NCBI GenBank assembly: GCA_035084275.1
Contig: CM068752.1
Location: 2,728,001-2,792,000, forward strand
Reading direction: 5' to 3'
DNA: 64,000 nt
Source: Hydrolagus colliei
Taxonomy: Eukaryota
Each line of letters opens with the position of its first letter. Positions within the stretch are counted from its first letter, which is position 1. Below are positions 23,126 to 35,300 of this stretch, one piece after another. The position numbers were made by a program, and so were the translations under genes. The notes beneath the pieces were generated by a model. The model was given only the letters and a program-made list of their open reading frames with translations, did not search any database and was not told the DNA's origin.

Positions 23126-26100
23126 CTGCGGGAAATAGAGAACAACATTTCTGTTAAACTTGACCCCCACAGACACGACAGTACGGAATAATCGACGATA
23201 ATCCGTGCGTTTGATAAGGTGGCCCTTGTCACGTCTTCGAGACGTCTCACAGCACTTTGCAGAATACACGCCATGCTGGTAAAACACTGACGTAAGGATA
23301 AAATTAACCAGGGTTTATACAGTGAAAAGGAATTGGGTAAAAATGTTACACAACGTGTCCATCTTGCAGGGCGTTCGGGAAACTAGTTTCTAGCTGTCAT
23401 TTTTTATATATAGCTTGTTCGTTCGAAGCGCTGTTTCAGCCCTGAGGAATTTATCATATAAAAAAATAGTTACTTCAACATTAACTTTTCCCAGCTGTCG
23501 TCTTCCAACTCATGAATATTTTAAGACCTTGGCTCGTGGCTTGGATTTAAAGAGACTTGGGGATTATCACATTATTATTGTCTTTATTCTTCCAAGTCAC
23601 TTCACCTTCGTCACCTCTTCTCCTGCTTCAGACGTTCATTAGATAAATATTTCTTTGACCATGGCCTCTATGTTCTACTCAGGTTTTCCTCAGCGCTCCC
23701 GCTGTGAAACACTTAGAAAACATTAGAACCAGAGTTTGAATTCTGTGCGTCAGCCTAGTTGAATGCCTCTGAATCGGAAGGCTAGGTTCAAGCCCCACAT
23801 CAGACTTTGAGTGGTTTCTTATACATCAATGGCACTGTATGAAACGAACATTTCTGTTGCTCTTAGCTGCAGCGCAGTTCATCTTCAATATACTGAGAGG
23901 GCTTTGAAAATATAAATTTTATTCAGGAATGGATTTCCTCAAGGATATTGGTCTGCACATTCAGCGCCTTGGGACGTCCTCCTGACGTGAAAGGTGTGAT
24001 ACAAGTGTGATTTTGCTGCTGTTGTTGTTGTTGCACAGCACACAGCAAGGCAGGGTGCAGAGATGAATGCTGATGTTCATCTCTCCCGATCGAAGCGATG
24101 AAGAGGGCGATTTGGCACTTATCGTCTGCTATCCCACTAAAGATTTCTAATTTGCAAAACTCTGTTGGTTACTCTGTTTTCTGACGAGTATATTGGATGG
24201 ATTATCATCTTCTACAATCAAGGACAGCTGCTGCAAAGCTGAACCATAGACATCTGACACTCACTATTGTTCCTGACTACAGTCTAATTATATCGGTCTC
24301 CCTAGTTACACAGTGCTGCTAAGCGAAACCAAATAAACGCGCACTCACACACAACCGAGGGCAAACTACGCCATTAATTGCGATCTGGGCGTGACCACGA
24401 GCCTTCATCGCCAACGTACGCGATTTTTAATTGAATGATTTATTATTTTCATGTTAATAACCCCGGTGACAAAGTCAGGAGATAATGAAATAGAGACATC
24501 TTTGGCGACGCCTCAAGAAGGCAGCCTTCACTAATGAAATACCCTTTAGATGGCGCTCGCATCTCAGGTTTTGCGTCCTCTGAACTTGTCTTAACCCGTT
24601 ATCCTTCAGGAAATTCGCTTTGGCATTAATACAATTGGTTGTAAAAATTCCCATGACATCCAGCGTGGTCTTTAACCTCGGTGTCTATTTCTGTTTGAAT
24701 AAAGGCTATGAAGTCCACGAACGATATGACTGACAAAGATTACACACAACAGTATGCAGTATGTGCTTGCACAAACATTTCTTCTTGGTTAGAACGGGGA
24801 TGAAGATTTCACTACAGAGGAATGGGTGCTTGTGCACTATGTTACTCTGTTGTTAGCGATGTCCGTTGGGTTAAAATAAATATTATGAAATTACACAACT
24901 GTCTTATAAGAACTCTCGGTTGCAACTGACAGATTTCCTTCAGTTTACAGTACTTCTCGTGGTGATCTTGCCAATGCGTTGTCTACTTTTGGTTACAGTG
25001 TATTTTACTACGTACACTTTTGCACGGGACAGATTTATGCTGCGATCTTGCCTGATTAAACATTTAGAACTCTCAAGTGTTTCATCATTTTAGAGAGGAA
25101 CAGAGAGCTTGAAAGAAGTCAATCTCCCTCTCTTCTGCTGCGGATGAGCTGTGATAGAAAACAGTTCCTCTCTCCTGCTATCGATTCTTTCAACCTCAGC
25201 TCAATGTTTGCATTCGGATCAAGGGAGAGACGGACAGTCCTTTATAGATTTACCAGACATCTTCATGGTTTTGGTAGCTGCCCACTACAGTAATAATTAA
25301 GCATCTTGCATTTGATAATGCCGTATCACATTGTCTCAGAAAAAGCTTCGCCGAATGTGCTGTACAGTGAATTAACTACATTTTGTGGGTGAAACAATTT
25401 GGGAGCAGTCGATTCAGAAATCCCATTGCCTTTTTTTTATTTTAGTCCGAAATCTTCATCACAGTTGAGGTTGGTAAAGAGAAATGATTAATATGATTAT
25501 TTCACTGGCAATTTGATACTGAATTCAACCGCCTTCAGCACAAATCCAGCTGTAGCTTCACCGCTGGCTGTACTGATTGCCTGAAATCGATACCTCGGTC
25601 TGAGAATACTTTCATCTTGATTTGACTCAAGTGGAACGATTGGACTCGAACACAGAGTGAATGAAACCCAATCCACACATTCACTGATGTGAGCCAACAT
25701 CTGGTTTAGTGCAAAAATAAACCCTGCGCTACACACAAGCGGGGGGTTCTCTCAATGTTTAACTGAACTCAAAACGCTGCAAAAGTACAACTTAACGGTG
25801 TGGGTGGATTGATGCTCTGTATATGGCCCACGATGATATCATTCTACTATTCTTGGACTTGAAGAGAAGTGTCTCCCAGCAAATTGTAATTGAGAAAAGT
25901 ATCGTCTAACCAATTTTTATTATTCAAGTAAATTTATTGTCTTGACGAACGCATTCCTCCGATGAAGTTAACGGAGAGTGCATTTCAACCAAACGTTTCC
26001 TAGACATTTAGTGATTTGTTTTGCAGGTTCTCCAGCCTTTCCAATCTGCATTAGAGCCATTTGTAATTATGGATTGAAACCCTATTGACTTATTATAGAC

Positions 26101-26201
26101 AATAAGAATTTATGTGGTTGATCGTCAGCCATGTGTGGTTAGAGTTTCAAATCATATTCTCATTGCCCTTGAGTTAAGAATTTCCCCACGAGCTAGAGGG
26201 G

Positions 26202-26505
26202 ATAATAATAATAATCCTTGCATTTGTTATAACACTGTTCACATCTTCTAGATGTCTCAAAGCGCTTCTCAGAATATACTGTAAAGCGAATTGACTGTAT
26301 ATTTGTGGGCGAAACGCGGCAGCCAATTGCGCACAGCAGCGTCTCACAAACAGTCGTTAATTGAAATTACAAATTTATTATTGTGTTTTTGAGGGATTAT
26401 CATTAGTGTAGAGTAAGGAAACTTGCCCAAGGTTTTGCCCTATCTGGTATTGAACCCACGTCTTTCGCTTGTCAGGCGAGTGCTCTACAGGACTGAGCTA
26501 CAGGA
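26202..26505 (-). mobile_element. tRNA-headed Deu-domain SINE, full length
   Basis: Tail, core and head (actgagctacagg) in reverse orientation. Confidence 0.88.
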
Positions 26506-26953
26506 ACCCTTGGATGGGCTGAAGATCATGAAAGAGTGGATTTTATTTGGCCTTTTCGAGGTAGTGAATAGCCTTTTTCTCGTTCTGTGGCTTCTTCTGT
26601 TCTTCCATAATGCAAACACACACATATGCTGTATTTGTATAAGGATTAAGTCCTTGATTGATTGAGGATTAAGAGAACTGGGTTTCAAAGCTGTTCGGGA
26701 TACATTACCTCAATGTTTTTGGATTTTCTTTCCTGCCATAATTAACACGTTCCTTCTCAAGTCGTGTTTATTGTCAACGGTATTTCTGCGGACGGCGGCA
26801 TGGCGTGCCATTGTCAAGCTGTCTAGGACGCTACTCTGCGTGTAGGGCACTGTGTAAATGTAGGTTGTTGTTAAAAACTGCTGGTATCTGTACTGTGGAG
26901 GATCCCTTTCCACGTTGCCTATTGTTCCATGCAGCCTACCCACACTGCCCGCG

Positions 26954-27273
26954 TGGAGCTCCGGTAGCTCAGTGGTTAGAGCACTCGCCTTACAAGCGCG
27001 AGACCTGTGTTTCGAATCCACACAGGTCAGGGAGAAAGCTTGGGCAAGTTTCCTTACTCCACGCACGCGCCTAATAATAATCCGTCCAGATAAAACAACA
27101 CAATAATAAAATTGATCATTTTCAATCCACGACTTGTTTGTGGGGGACGCTGCTGTGTGAAATTGGCTGCCGCATTTCGCCCACAGATATACAGTCAATT
27201 AACTTTACAGTATATTCTGTGAAGCGCTTTGGGACGTCTAGAAGGCGTGAAAAATGCAAATATTATTATTATT
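26954..27273 (+). mobile_element. tRNA-headed Deu-domain SINE, full length
   Basis: tggagctccggtagctcagtggttagagcactcgccttacaagcgcg...core...tattattattatt. Confidence 0.9.
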
Positions 27274-27942
27274 GTGAGTCCTGAACAGTGAGATTGTGGC
27301 TTGCCAATGATTCCCCGCAGAAGTGCCTGACCCCGCGGCTGTAACGAGCCATATGCATAAAAACAGGAAACAAGTTGAAACGCTGATCATTGACCGTGGC
27401 CTTTTCTTGAAGAATTCCAGTCAGTGACTCACTAGATAAGCTGCTCCTACAGAAATCAGACAAACACATGCACCATCTCCCGATCGTTATTCCGTTCGAG
27501 GTTTACGCTCTGAAACGCAGCTCACCAACACAAGCAAATAACAGGAAATAAAAACTCTTAAACTGTTTCAAATCAACAGCTAGATAAATGGTCTGTGTGT
27601 GTGTGATAGACCACTGTAAAACTGGTAAAGACATTCAGGCCACATTCTCAATAGCAGCTGTCAGTGGTAGATGATCTCAGCGGGTTGATAATAGAGACAT
27701 TACAATTGACTCGGGCACCAAACTGAGGGAGGCGGAGAGGAGATGACAGCAACTCAGGTTCTCACTTGACCACTAACCATGGATCCCAACCACTAGAGAG
27801 ACTTGCACCACAAAGCACCAGTGGGAAATGTTTCACTCACCACTCAACCTTGTTAATGGGCCCACCATGTTATTCTCTCAGTGAGATTGCAATCATTACT
27901 CCGTGTGCTTGCTCTCACGGCGCTGAAATATTATTACATTCG

Positions 27943-28268
27943 TGGAGCTCCTGTAGCTCAGTGGTTAGAGCACCCGCCTTACAAGCATGAGACCTGTGTT
28001 CGAATCCAGGCCGATCGGGGGCGATAGTGGGGATGGTTTCCTTACTGCACACGCCTAATAATAATTCGTCCACGAAAACACATAATAAAAAATTGGTCAT
28101 TTCTATCCACGACTGTTTGTGGGGACGCTGCTGTGCACAATTGGCTGCTCACAAAATATACAGTCAATTCACTTCACAGTATATTCTGTGAAGCGCTTTG
28201 AGACATCGATAAGATGTGAAAAGCGCCATATCAAATGCAAGGATTATTATTATTAGTAGTATTATTAT
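27943..28268 (+). mobile_element. tRNA-headed Deu-domain SINE, full length
   Basis: Head, core and tail present; tail ends ~28 nt from the NEURL1B exon 4 donor. Confidence 0.9.
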
Positions 28269-28296
28269 AGGGACTTTCCAAGTTTTGTTTCCTCAC

Positions 28297-28422
28297 CTAG
28301 TGATGACTCTGATGCAGATGATGACCTGTTGACGCTGAAGGCCATGTCAGAGTCACTGTCGTAGTGAGATCCAGCTGGGGAACCTGAGGGAGAGACATCC
28401 ACTGGGCTGGCCTGGGAGGTAC
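28297..28422 (-). CDS. NEURL1B: NEURL1B exon 4: Ser-rich linker between NHR2 and RING
   Basis: ctccgcAG acceptor, G|GTGAGG donor. (G)TSQASPVDVSPSGSPAGSHYDSDSDMAFSVNRSSSASESSL matches recalled DSDSDMTFSVNQSSSASESSL. 126 nt, phase 1-1, absent from the ORF track. Confidence 0.93.
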   Translation of the reverse strand, partial: VPPRPAQWMSLPQVPQLDLTTTVTLTWPSASTGHHLHQSHH

Positions 28423-28529
28423 CTGCGGAGAGAACAACAGTGGTCAGTCCCTAGACGTTCTTGCCCCATTCTACAACCTGCGGAGTCTCAGTGGACTCCG
28501 GATCCAACACAAGGGCAGGGTGCAGAGCA

Positions 28530-29170
28530 TGGTAGAGTACTGTAGTTCTCAAGCAAGAGATCTGGGTTTGATTCCAGACAGGTCAGGGTGAAACCTTGGG
28601 CAAGTTTCCTTACACCACACACCAAATAATAATCCCACCCCAAAAAAAAATTATTTGGGTCATTCAATCCACGACTGTTGGTGGGACACTGCTGTGCGCA
28701 ATTGGTTGCCAGGTTTCGCCTACAAATATACAGTCAATTCTCTTTACAGTAATATTAATAATAATCCTTGCATTTGATATAGCACTTTTCATATCTTATC
28801 GACATCTCAAAGCGCTTCACAGAATATGCTGTAAAGTGAATTGACTGTATATATTTGTGGGCGAATCGCGGCAGCCAATTGCACACAGCAGTGTCCCCAC
28901 AAACAGTCGTAGATTGAAATGACCAATTTTATTATTGTGTTTTTTTTTTGGAGGGGTTATTATTAGGCGTGTGGAGTAAGGAAACTTGCCCAAGTTTCGC
29001 CCTGACCTGCCTGGATTCGAACACAGGTCTCCCCAGCTTGGTCTCCCCAGCTTGCAAGACAAGTGCTCTAACCACTGAGCCACAGGAGCTCCAATATATT
29101 CTACAAAGCACTTTGAAACGTCTAGAAGATGTGATAAGGTGTAATATCAAATGCAAGAATTATTATTATT
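28530..29170. mobile_element. Nested SINEs: + copy (28530-28750, resuming 29093-29170) interrupted by a full-length - copy (28752-29092)
   Basis: The + copy breaks at ctttacagt and resumes at atattctacaaagcactttgaaacgtc after the inverted copy's head (ggagctcc). Confidence 0.85.
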
Positions 29171-30667
29171 TTGGTGCTAATGCTGTGTTGCTCTAAGCAG
29201 CAGGCTTATTCAATAGTTATTGATTTACAGTTTGTGATGCCCAAAGGGCGAAACGATAGGCAAGTTTCCTTACTCCACACGCCTCTATTTGCTCAGCAGC
29301 AATGGGAACTCAGTTGTTTGTCGATTAGCAAATCACCTTTCTGTTAATCCCTTCCGAAGAAATAATTATTATTTTACTATTACTTTGTCCCTCAATCCTG
29401 TTTGTTTGTGAGTCACTGTTGTGTGCAATTGGCTTAATTCACTTTACAGTACATTCTGTGAAGCGGTTTGAGACAAAGGCATAAATAAGGCACTCTATCC
29501 AAAGCAAGGATTATTATTTTCAAATAGCCGCATCCTGCATTGAAGAGCACTCCCTTTTCTCCCATTTGGCCCGGTTGTGGTGATAAAAAGAACTATATGT
29601 GCACCTTTAGACATTTGAATTTCACAATTTAAATAGTATTATTTTTCTGGCACAGACCTGATTGCAGACATCAAAGCAATTTGCTGAGTGCTTACACTCA
29701 CCCACAAGAAGGAACACAAATTGCAAGTATTGCTGCTCCTCTTGAAACCCTTAAGATTGGTTCCCACGAGCCAAATGAAACAGGGAGTGAAATCTCACTC
29801 TTTGAAACAACTGCAGCTTTTTTTTTTGTGGTGAAAAATAAATCTGAAAAGACCAGCAGTTTCAAGGGGCACAAATCGTCTGGTTGATTTTTTGTTGTTG
29901 CAGTAAATAGATTGCATGGGGAAAGTCTTGCGTTTACTTGCGTGAAGTAAACGCTTCCAATATATCCGAGCATTGCTCTCTCACCCCGAGTACAGCAGTG
30001 AACAACAGGAATTGGGTTCACGTGGAAAGACTATGAAACTGTTGGGCAACAAACATGAATAATAATAATAATAATCCTTGCATTTGATATAGCACTTTTC
30101 ACATCTTATCGACGTCTCAAAGCGCTTCACAGAATATACTGTAAAGTGAATTGACTGTATATTTGTGGGCGAAACATGGCAGCCAATTGCGCACAGTCCA
30201 CAAACAGTCTTGGATTGAAATGACCAATTTTATTATAGTGGTTTTTTTCAGATGGATTATTATTATACTTTAATAAGAGTATTTCATGCCATGCAACTCA
30301 ATAAAACAACTACAACTCGCATGAACATGTTGCCCTTCACACAGGGTAGCATCCTGGAACAAGTCAAACTTTGTAGAAAGTTTGAACAGTCAGAGATAGA
30401 AAGAGTTTTGCGAGTGAGAAAGACTCAATAGTAGTACTCTGAAGAATTGGCAATATCCACAGATACCAAATTGTCAGAAACCCACTGTTCTGAAGAGAGT
30501 CTGGAAATCAAACTTATTTATTACCAGCCAAACACATGCAATTAAAGGCTTTGTCCAACAGAGCAACTGGAGGTCTCAATGAAATGCAAAAAAGCTCGAT
30601 GGAACATCCATTTACAGAGCCCTCCCACAGGTATACATAGGGAACCCATGTGCAAGCTATTAAGACG

Positions 30668-31082
30668 AGAGTCTTCGAGCTTAGTGGTTAGAGCACTCGC
30701 CTCGCAAGCTAGAGGACCTGGGTTTGATTCCCAGGCAAGAAGGTTGGGCAAGTTTCCATACTCCACACGCCGCTGTTTACCTAGCAGTAAATAGGAACCT
30801 GGTTATTAGTCGAATGGCAGACCATTTTTCGAGGGGGCCATAATCCCTTTCAAATAAATACTGTAACATAATGATAATAATAATATGATCACTCAATCCA
30901 TGACTGTTTGCGGGACACAAGCTGTGCGCAATTGGCTGCCGTGTTTTGCCCAGAAAAACTGTACTACTGCACAGTCAATCCACTTTACAATACATTGCGT
31001 GAAGCGATTCGGGATGTCTCGGAGACGCGATCAAGGCACTACACCAAATTGCAAGGCTTATCATTATTATGATTCTTATTAT
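30668..31082 (+). mobile_element. Long-form SINE (tRNA head + extra central segment + Deu core + tail)
   Basis: Contains cgctgtttacctagcagtaaataggaacc...gatggcagaccatt-like segment between head and core, absent from the short form. Ends ~25 nt from the NEURL1B exon 3 donor. Confidence 0.8.
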
Positions 31083-31107
31083 TCTTGGCGATGCGCTGAG
31101 CGCTTAC

Positions 31108-31815
31108 CAAGTATCTTGAGTTGATTCACCACACCGTGCAGGCTGAAGAACACCCACAGGGACTGCGTGGTGTCCACGCAGATCAACATGCCCATGTTTG
31201 TGCCATTCACCCGGTGGTGAAGCTCGCTGTTGGGCATTATGGTGAAGCTGAGGACGTCGCCGCTGTTGGGCACCGAGAAGCCCCTGTAGACCACCCAGTA
31301 CTCCTTGCGATCGAGCAGGCAGTCGGGATCCGCCGGCAGCTCGTTGACGCGCAGAGTGCTCGGGTCGCAGGACGTCACCCCAAACAGCAGAGAGCCGTAG
31401 TACGGCAGCCCCAAGTGACCCGCCTCCACGTACAGGGTCTCGCCGGTGTGCAAAGGCCGATCGGAGAACAGGAGAGTCCGGTTGCTCTCCTTCCAGTTTG
31501 TGCAGGCGCGCATCCTGTCCTGTGACAAGGTGACGTCGGGCCCTCGGACCAGGTGAAAATGGAGGTCGGAGTCGAGGACGGACGGCAGGCCCCGCGAGCG
31601 CAGACGCCTGTTGGGGCAGCACGGCAAAGCCTGATTGTCCGGCGCCAGAGCCTGGACCTCCCTCAGGTTCAGGTTGGTGATTTTGGCCACCACCACGCTG
31701 TTCTCCAGCTCGTTGTTGTTGAAGTTGGCGTTGTCGTGGCTGGTCTGCGGGAGGTAACTGCTTAACCGGGCCGCGTTGAGCCTGGCCGACGTCACGGTCT
31801 CGGCCAACATGCTGT
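31108..31815 (-). CDS. NEURL1B: NEURL1B exon 3: inter-NHR linker and NHR2 domain
   Basis: tttacAG acceptor, G|GTAAGC donor. (D)SMLAETVT...LHFHLVRGPDV...LLDRKEYWVV...VNQLKIL. 708 nt, phase 1-1. Confidence 0.95.
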
Positions 31816-31859
31816 CTGTAAACAAAGAAGAAATGGGGGATAATATGGGCATGGCGAGG

Positions 31860-32005
31860 TTACGGAATGGAATTCTACAATCGTGGAATGTTACAGCACA
31901 AGAGGGAGGCCATTCGGCCCATCATGCCTGTGCCAGCTCTTTGGAAGAGCTACCCAATCAGTCTGGCTCCCCTGCTCTTTCCCTATATTCCTTAGAATCA
32001 ATCGT
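31860..32005 (-). mobile_element. CR1-type LINE 3' end fragment
   Basis: gttacagcacaagagggaggccattcggcccatcatgcctgtgccagctct...cccctgctctttccctat. Confidence 0.65.
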
Positions 32006-32029
32006 ATTACATTAAAAATAAGAATTATA

Positions 32030-32355
32030 GATGATAACAATAATAATCCTTGCATTTGCTGTAGCACTTTTCATGTCTTCTAGACGTCCCAAAGCGCTTC
32101 ACGGAATATACTGTCAAGCGAATTGACTGTATACCTGTGGGCGAAATGTAGCAGCCAATTGCGCAAGCAGTATCCCGCAAACAGTTGTGGATTGAAATGA
32201 CCAATTTTATATATTGATTTATTTTGGGGGGGATTATTATTAGGCATGAGGAGTAAGGAAACGTAGCCAGGGTTTCGCCCTGAGCTGCCTGGATTCAAAC
32301 ACAGGTCTCACACTTGTAAGGCGAGTGCTCTAACCACTGAGCTACAGGAGCTTCA
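32030..32355 (-). mobile_element. tRNA-headed Deu-domain SINE, full length
   Basis: Reverse-oriented tail, core and head (gagtgctctaaccactgagctacaggagct). Confidence 0.9.
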
Positions 32356-35300
32356 CATTATATTGTGATGCCATTACAAGGTGCTGAGTGAAAGCGGTTC
32401 CATTCATCAGAAAATACTTAACAACGCCTTAAATTGCGGGATTAGTTCTGTTTGCCTTTTACTTCCAGTTCATCCTTGCCTTCCCTTTCGCAGTTTCCTG
32501 ATTCTCAAATTACATCTCCAACCACGCAGTTTATCAACAACTCATTTTCATACTAGGAAGATAATATAATAATCCTTGCATTTGATATCGCGCTTTTCAA
32601 CATCTCAAAGGCACTACAGAATATACTGTAAAGTGAAGTGATTGTATATTCGTGGGCGAAACGCGGCAGCCAATTGCACACAGCAGGGTCCCCACAAACA
32701 GTCGTGGATTGAAAATGACCAATTTTTATTATTGTGGTTTATTTGGAGGGATGGTAATATAGGAACAAGACTACAGTTTAACACAGTGCCTTTTGCATCG
32801 ACAGGATATCTCAAAATGTTTCACAGGATGTATTGTAAAGTACTGAGCGACTGTGTATGTTATAGGTTCACTCAGTTCATTGAGATGGATATGTTTTATG
32901 AGTCCATGGCAGCTCCTTATCTACAGAATTTAATATTGATTTCTTGCGTTTTCTCCACATCTCTTCGTACTTTTTCCATGGGTTATAAAATGCAGTACAA
33001 AATTACATTTGTATAGCGTCAGGAGGACATCCCAAGGCGCTCCAAAGAATATTGTAAAGCGAATTGACGATATTTTACAGGCGAAACGCAGCAGCCAATT
33101 CCACTAACAGTCGTGGATCAGTCAATTAAATTTTTTATTTTATAAAGTACCCATCCATCTCCTTCTCAAACACTTTCAAATTAATTTGACAGGCTCAACG
33201 TCACTTCAGAAAAGTATCGCTGCGTGGAAAGTGTTAACGTTTTGGTTTCCTGTTTTGACGCTATTTTGCCAAATCCATTAAGTTTCAGGGTTTGACGCTG
33301 TGAAGGCAGAACGGGAGGGTTAAGTGTACAGAAAAGCTGTTTCACCCAAACCTCCCCCTGATCTCTAGTGTAATGGTACCCCGTGCCCTGGTACGTTTTA
33401 ACAGACATCACACTGCTGGGAAGTTGCTGGAGGAGAATAAATCAGGCGTGAATTTCTATAAGGTTCTGCCTTTACCACAGTGCCATTGTTGGTCTGTCAA
33501 ATCTAACTGGCAGATGATAGGTGTGGGTGGACTGTGTTTTGAGTGCTGTCACAGCTGTACAAACCAAGGCTTGGCTACAGCAGACATGTGCTCAAGACAA
33601 GAGTATTGCCGAGCACTGTTTAACACACCCTCGGTCACCGTGTGCTGGTTAGTCAGTGATCCTCAGTCACTTACGGGCTGTTTCTCACACCCTCCGTCAC
33701 AGTGGATTGAACTGGTGAAACCAGACAAGATTTACACAGCTTGGCTTTTGGTCATTTATAGGAAAACACCTGAGGAAGAGCTCGCTCAGAGATGTCTGAA
33801 AATGAAACTCACAGACTGCCTTTAATTTAGACAAATTGATCCCTTGGCAGGATCTAACACTGAAAGTGTTACCTTGACTTTGTTTAAAGCATGTTTAAAC
33901 CACTGGTAAGTTACAACAACAACAACAACAACAGCAAAATTACGCTTGTACAGTATAATGAATGCTTTTCCCAGTAGGAGGATGTCCCAAGGTCCTGTGA
34001 CGTTATCCAGTCATTCGGGAAGTTTTAGTTTATGTAGGAACAGTTCTATTATTTTTCCTGTTTCACTGGGAGACCTCGTGTCCCATCAAAAAATCATGAA
34101 CTCAATCAAAAGTAGCCGCTAATTATAGTTAATTTGTCTCCAGGGGGCCATCAGTCATCACTCGTGACAAGCGAGTGCTCTGGGACCAATGTGTTATTCG
34201 CGTTTCCAGGTGTTTCCTCTATGTTGGTGAGTGGGAAGAGGGAGGGACCTTTCTTGCAGGCAAATTTCAATCCATTTGGAATGATCTTTCAATGCACTAA
34301 AATTAGAGCATTTAAATAGCATATATCTATAAATATACCACATTACCCTCCGTAATGTTGACTTGGAAGAGTATAAGCACACAGAACGTTAACGAGGGGA
34401 TAGCAAATGGATTAAAGCTTCCGTGATTGCTGCACTCATTATTTGCACCAGGACTTGGCCTGCGATACTGACAGAAGGCTAAGAAACTGCGGCGTTTCGG
34501 CGTGGAGTGAGAAAACTCATTTGGTCAAGGATAAGGGTTTTGGTGTCATTGTCGGAGAGACAGACAGTGCTTTGCTTGTTCCAAGTGTGCATCCGGCTCC
34601 TCACATGACAGCTGATAGCCTTGGAATGGAATGTGAGAAACAACAAATGGTTCTGGAGCTTCTGTATCTATTCATTGATCAGGTCAAAGCGATTGGCATT
34701 GGGAGGCATTTTTTAAGGTTGTGAATATTACCACATTCGAGACTACAGTTAGAGGCTGTGCTGGCTGATTTATGCTTATACATAGCTCTTGTGGGCAACT
34801 TTTGGGTTGAAATTAAATGGAAATAATAATAATAATAACAATAATAATACATCCATTTGACACAGCACCTTATCTACTCTCTGAGGCACTGCTCAGGACA
34901 TGATGTAAAGTGAATTTACTGTATATTTTGTGGGCAAAATCAATCCTTCATCCCTGATGTATCCATTGCAGCCAAACGATGGCACTAGATTTCTATGACT
35001 TTAGTCCTCCAGGAATCAGAACCAAACGTGTAGGCATTTAAAATCGCAAGATCCATAGTGAAGTTCGGATACTCTGAATTCCCCCTCTGATCCTGTCCCC
35101 CCGAAGCTCAATCCATCCTCTCAGAAAAACCAACAGAGCATTTCTTCGTCACAGCATCAAGCTGTGTTTTTCCCCACCAGTGAATCCAGGAACCTTGCCT
35201 AATCTCAAGCACCATTTTTGGTAACCTGTTCCAAGTGTTAATTAAAAAGTACTACACGGGGTTTGATCTGAAATTGTCTTAAATCTATGTCCTCCTGTTC

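Noticed and set aside
29761-29768. RBPJ/CSL sites (also 17030, 39124, 58916, 62637) as Notch feedback elements
   Set aside because: Isolated 8-mers at roughly chance frequency, with no paired-site arrangement.
31104-31765. Overlapping and antisense ORFs over NEURL1B exon 3 (likewise 38229-38797 over exon 2)
   Set aside because: Shadow ORFs caused by GC3-rich codon usage; no recognisable domain or independent splice signals.
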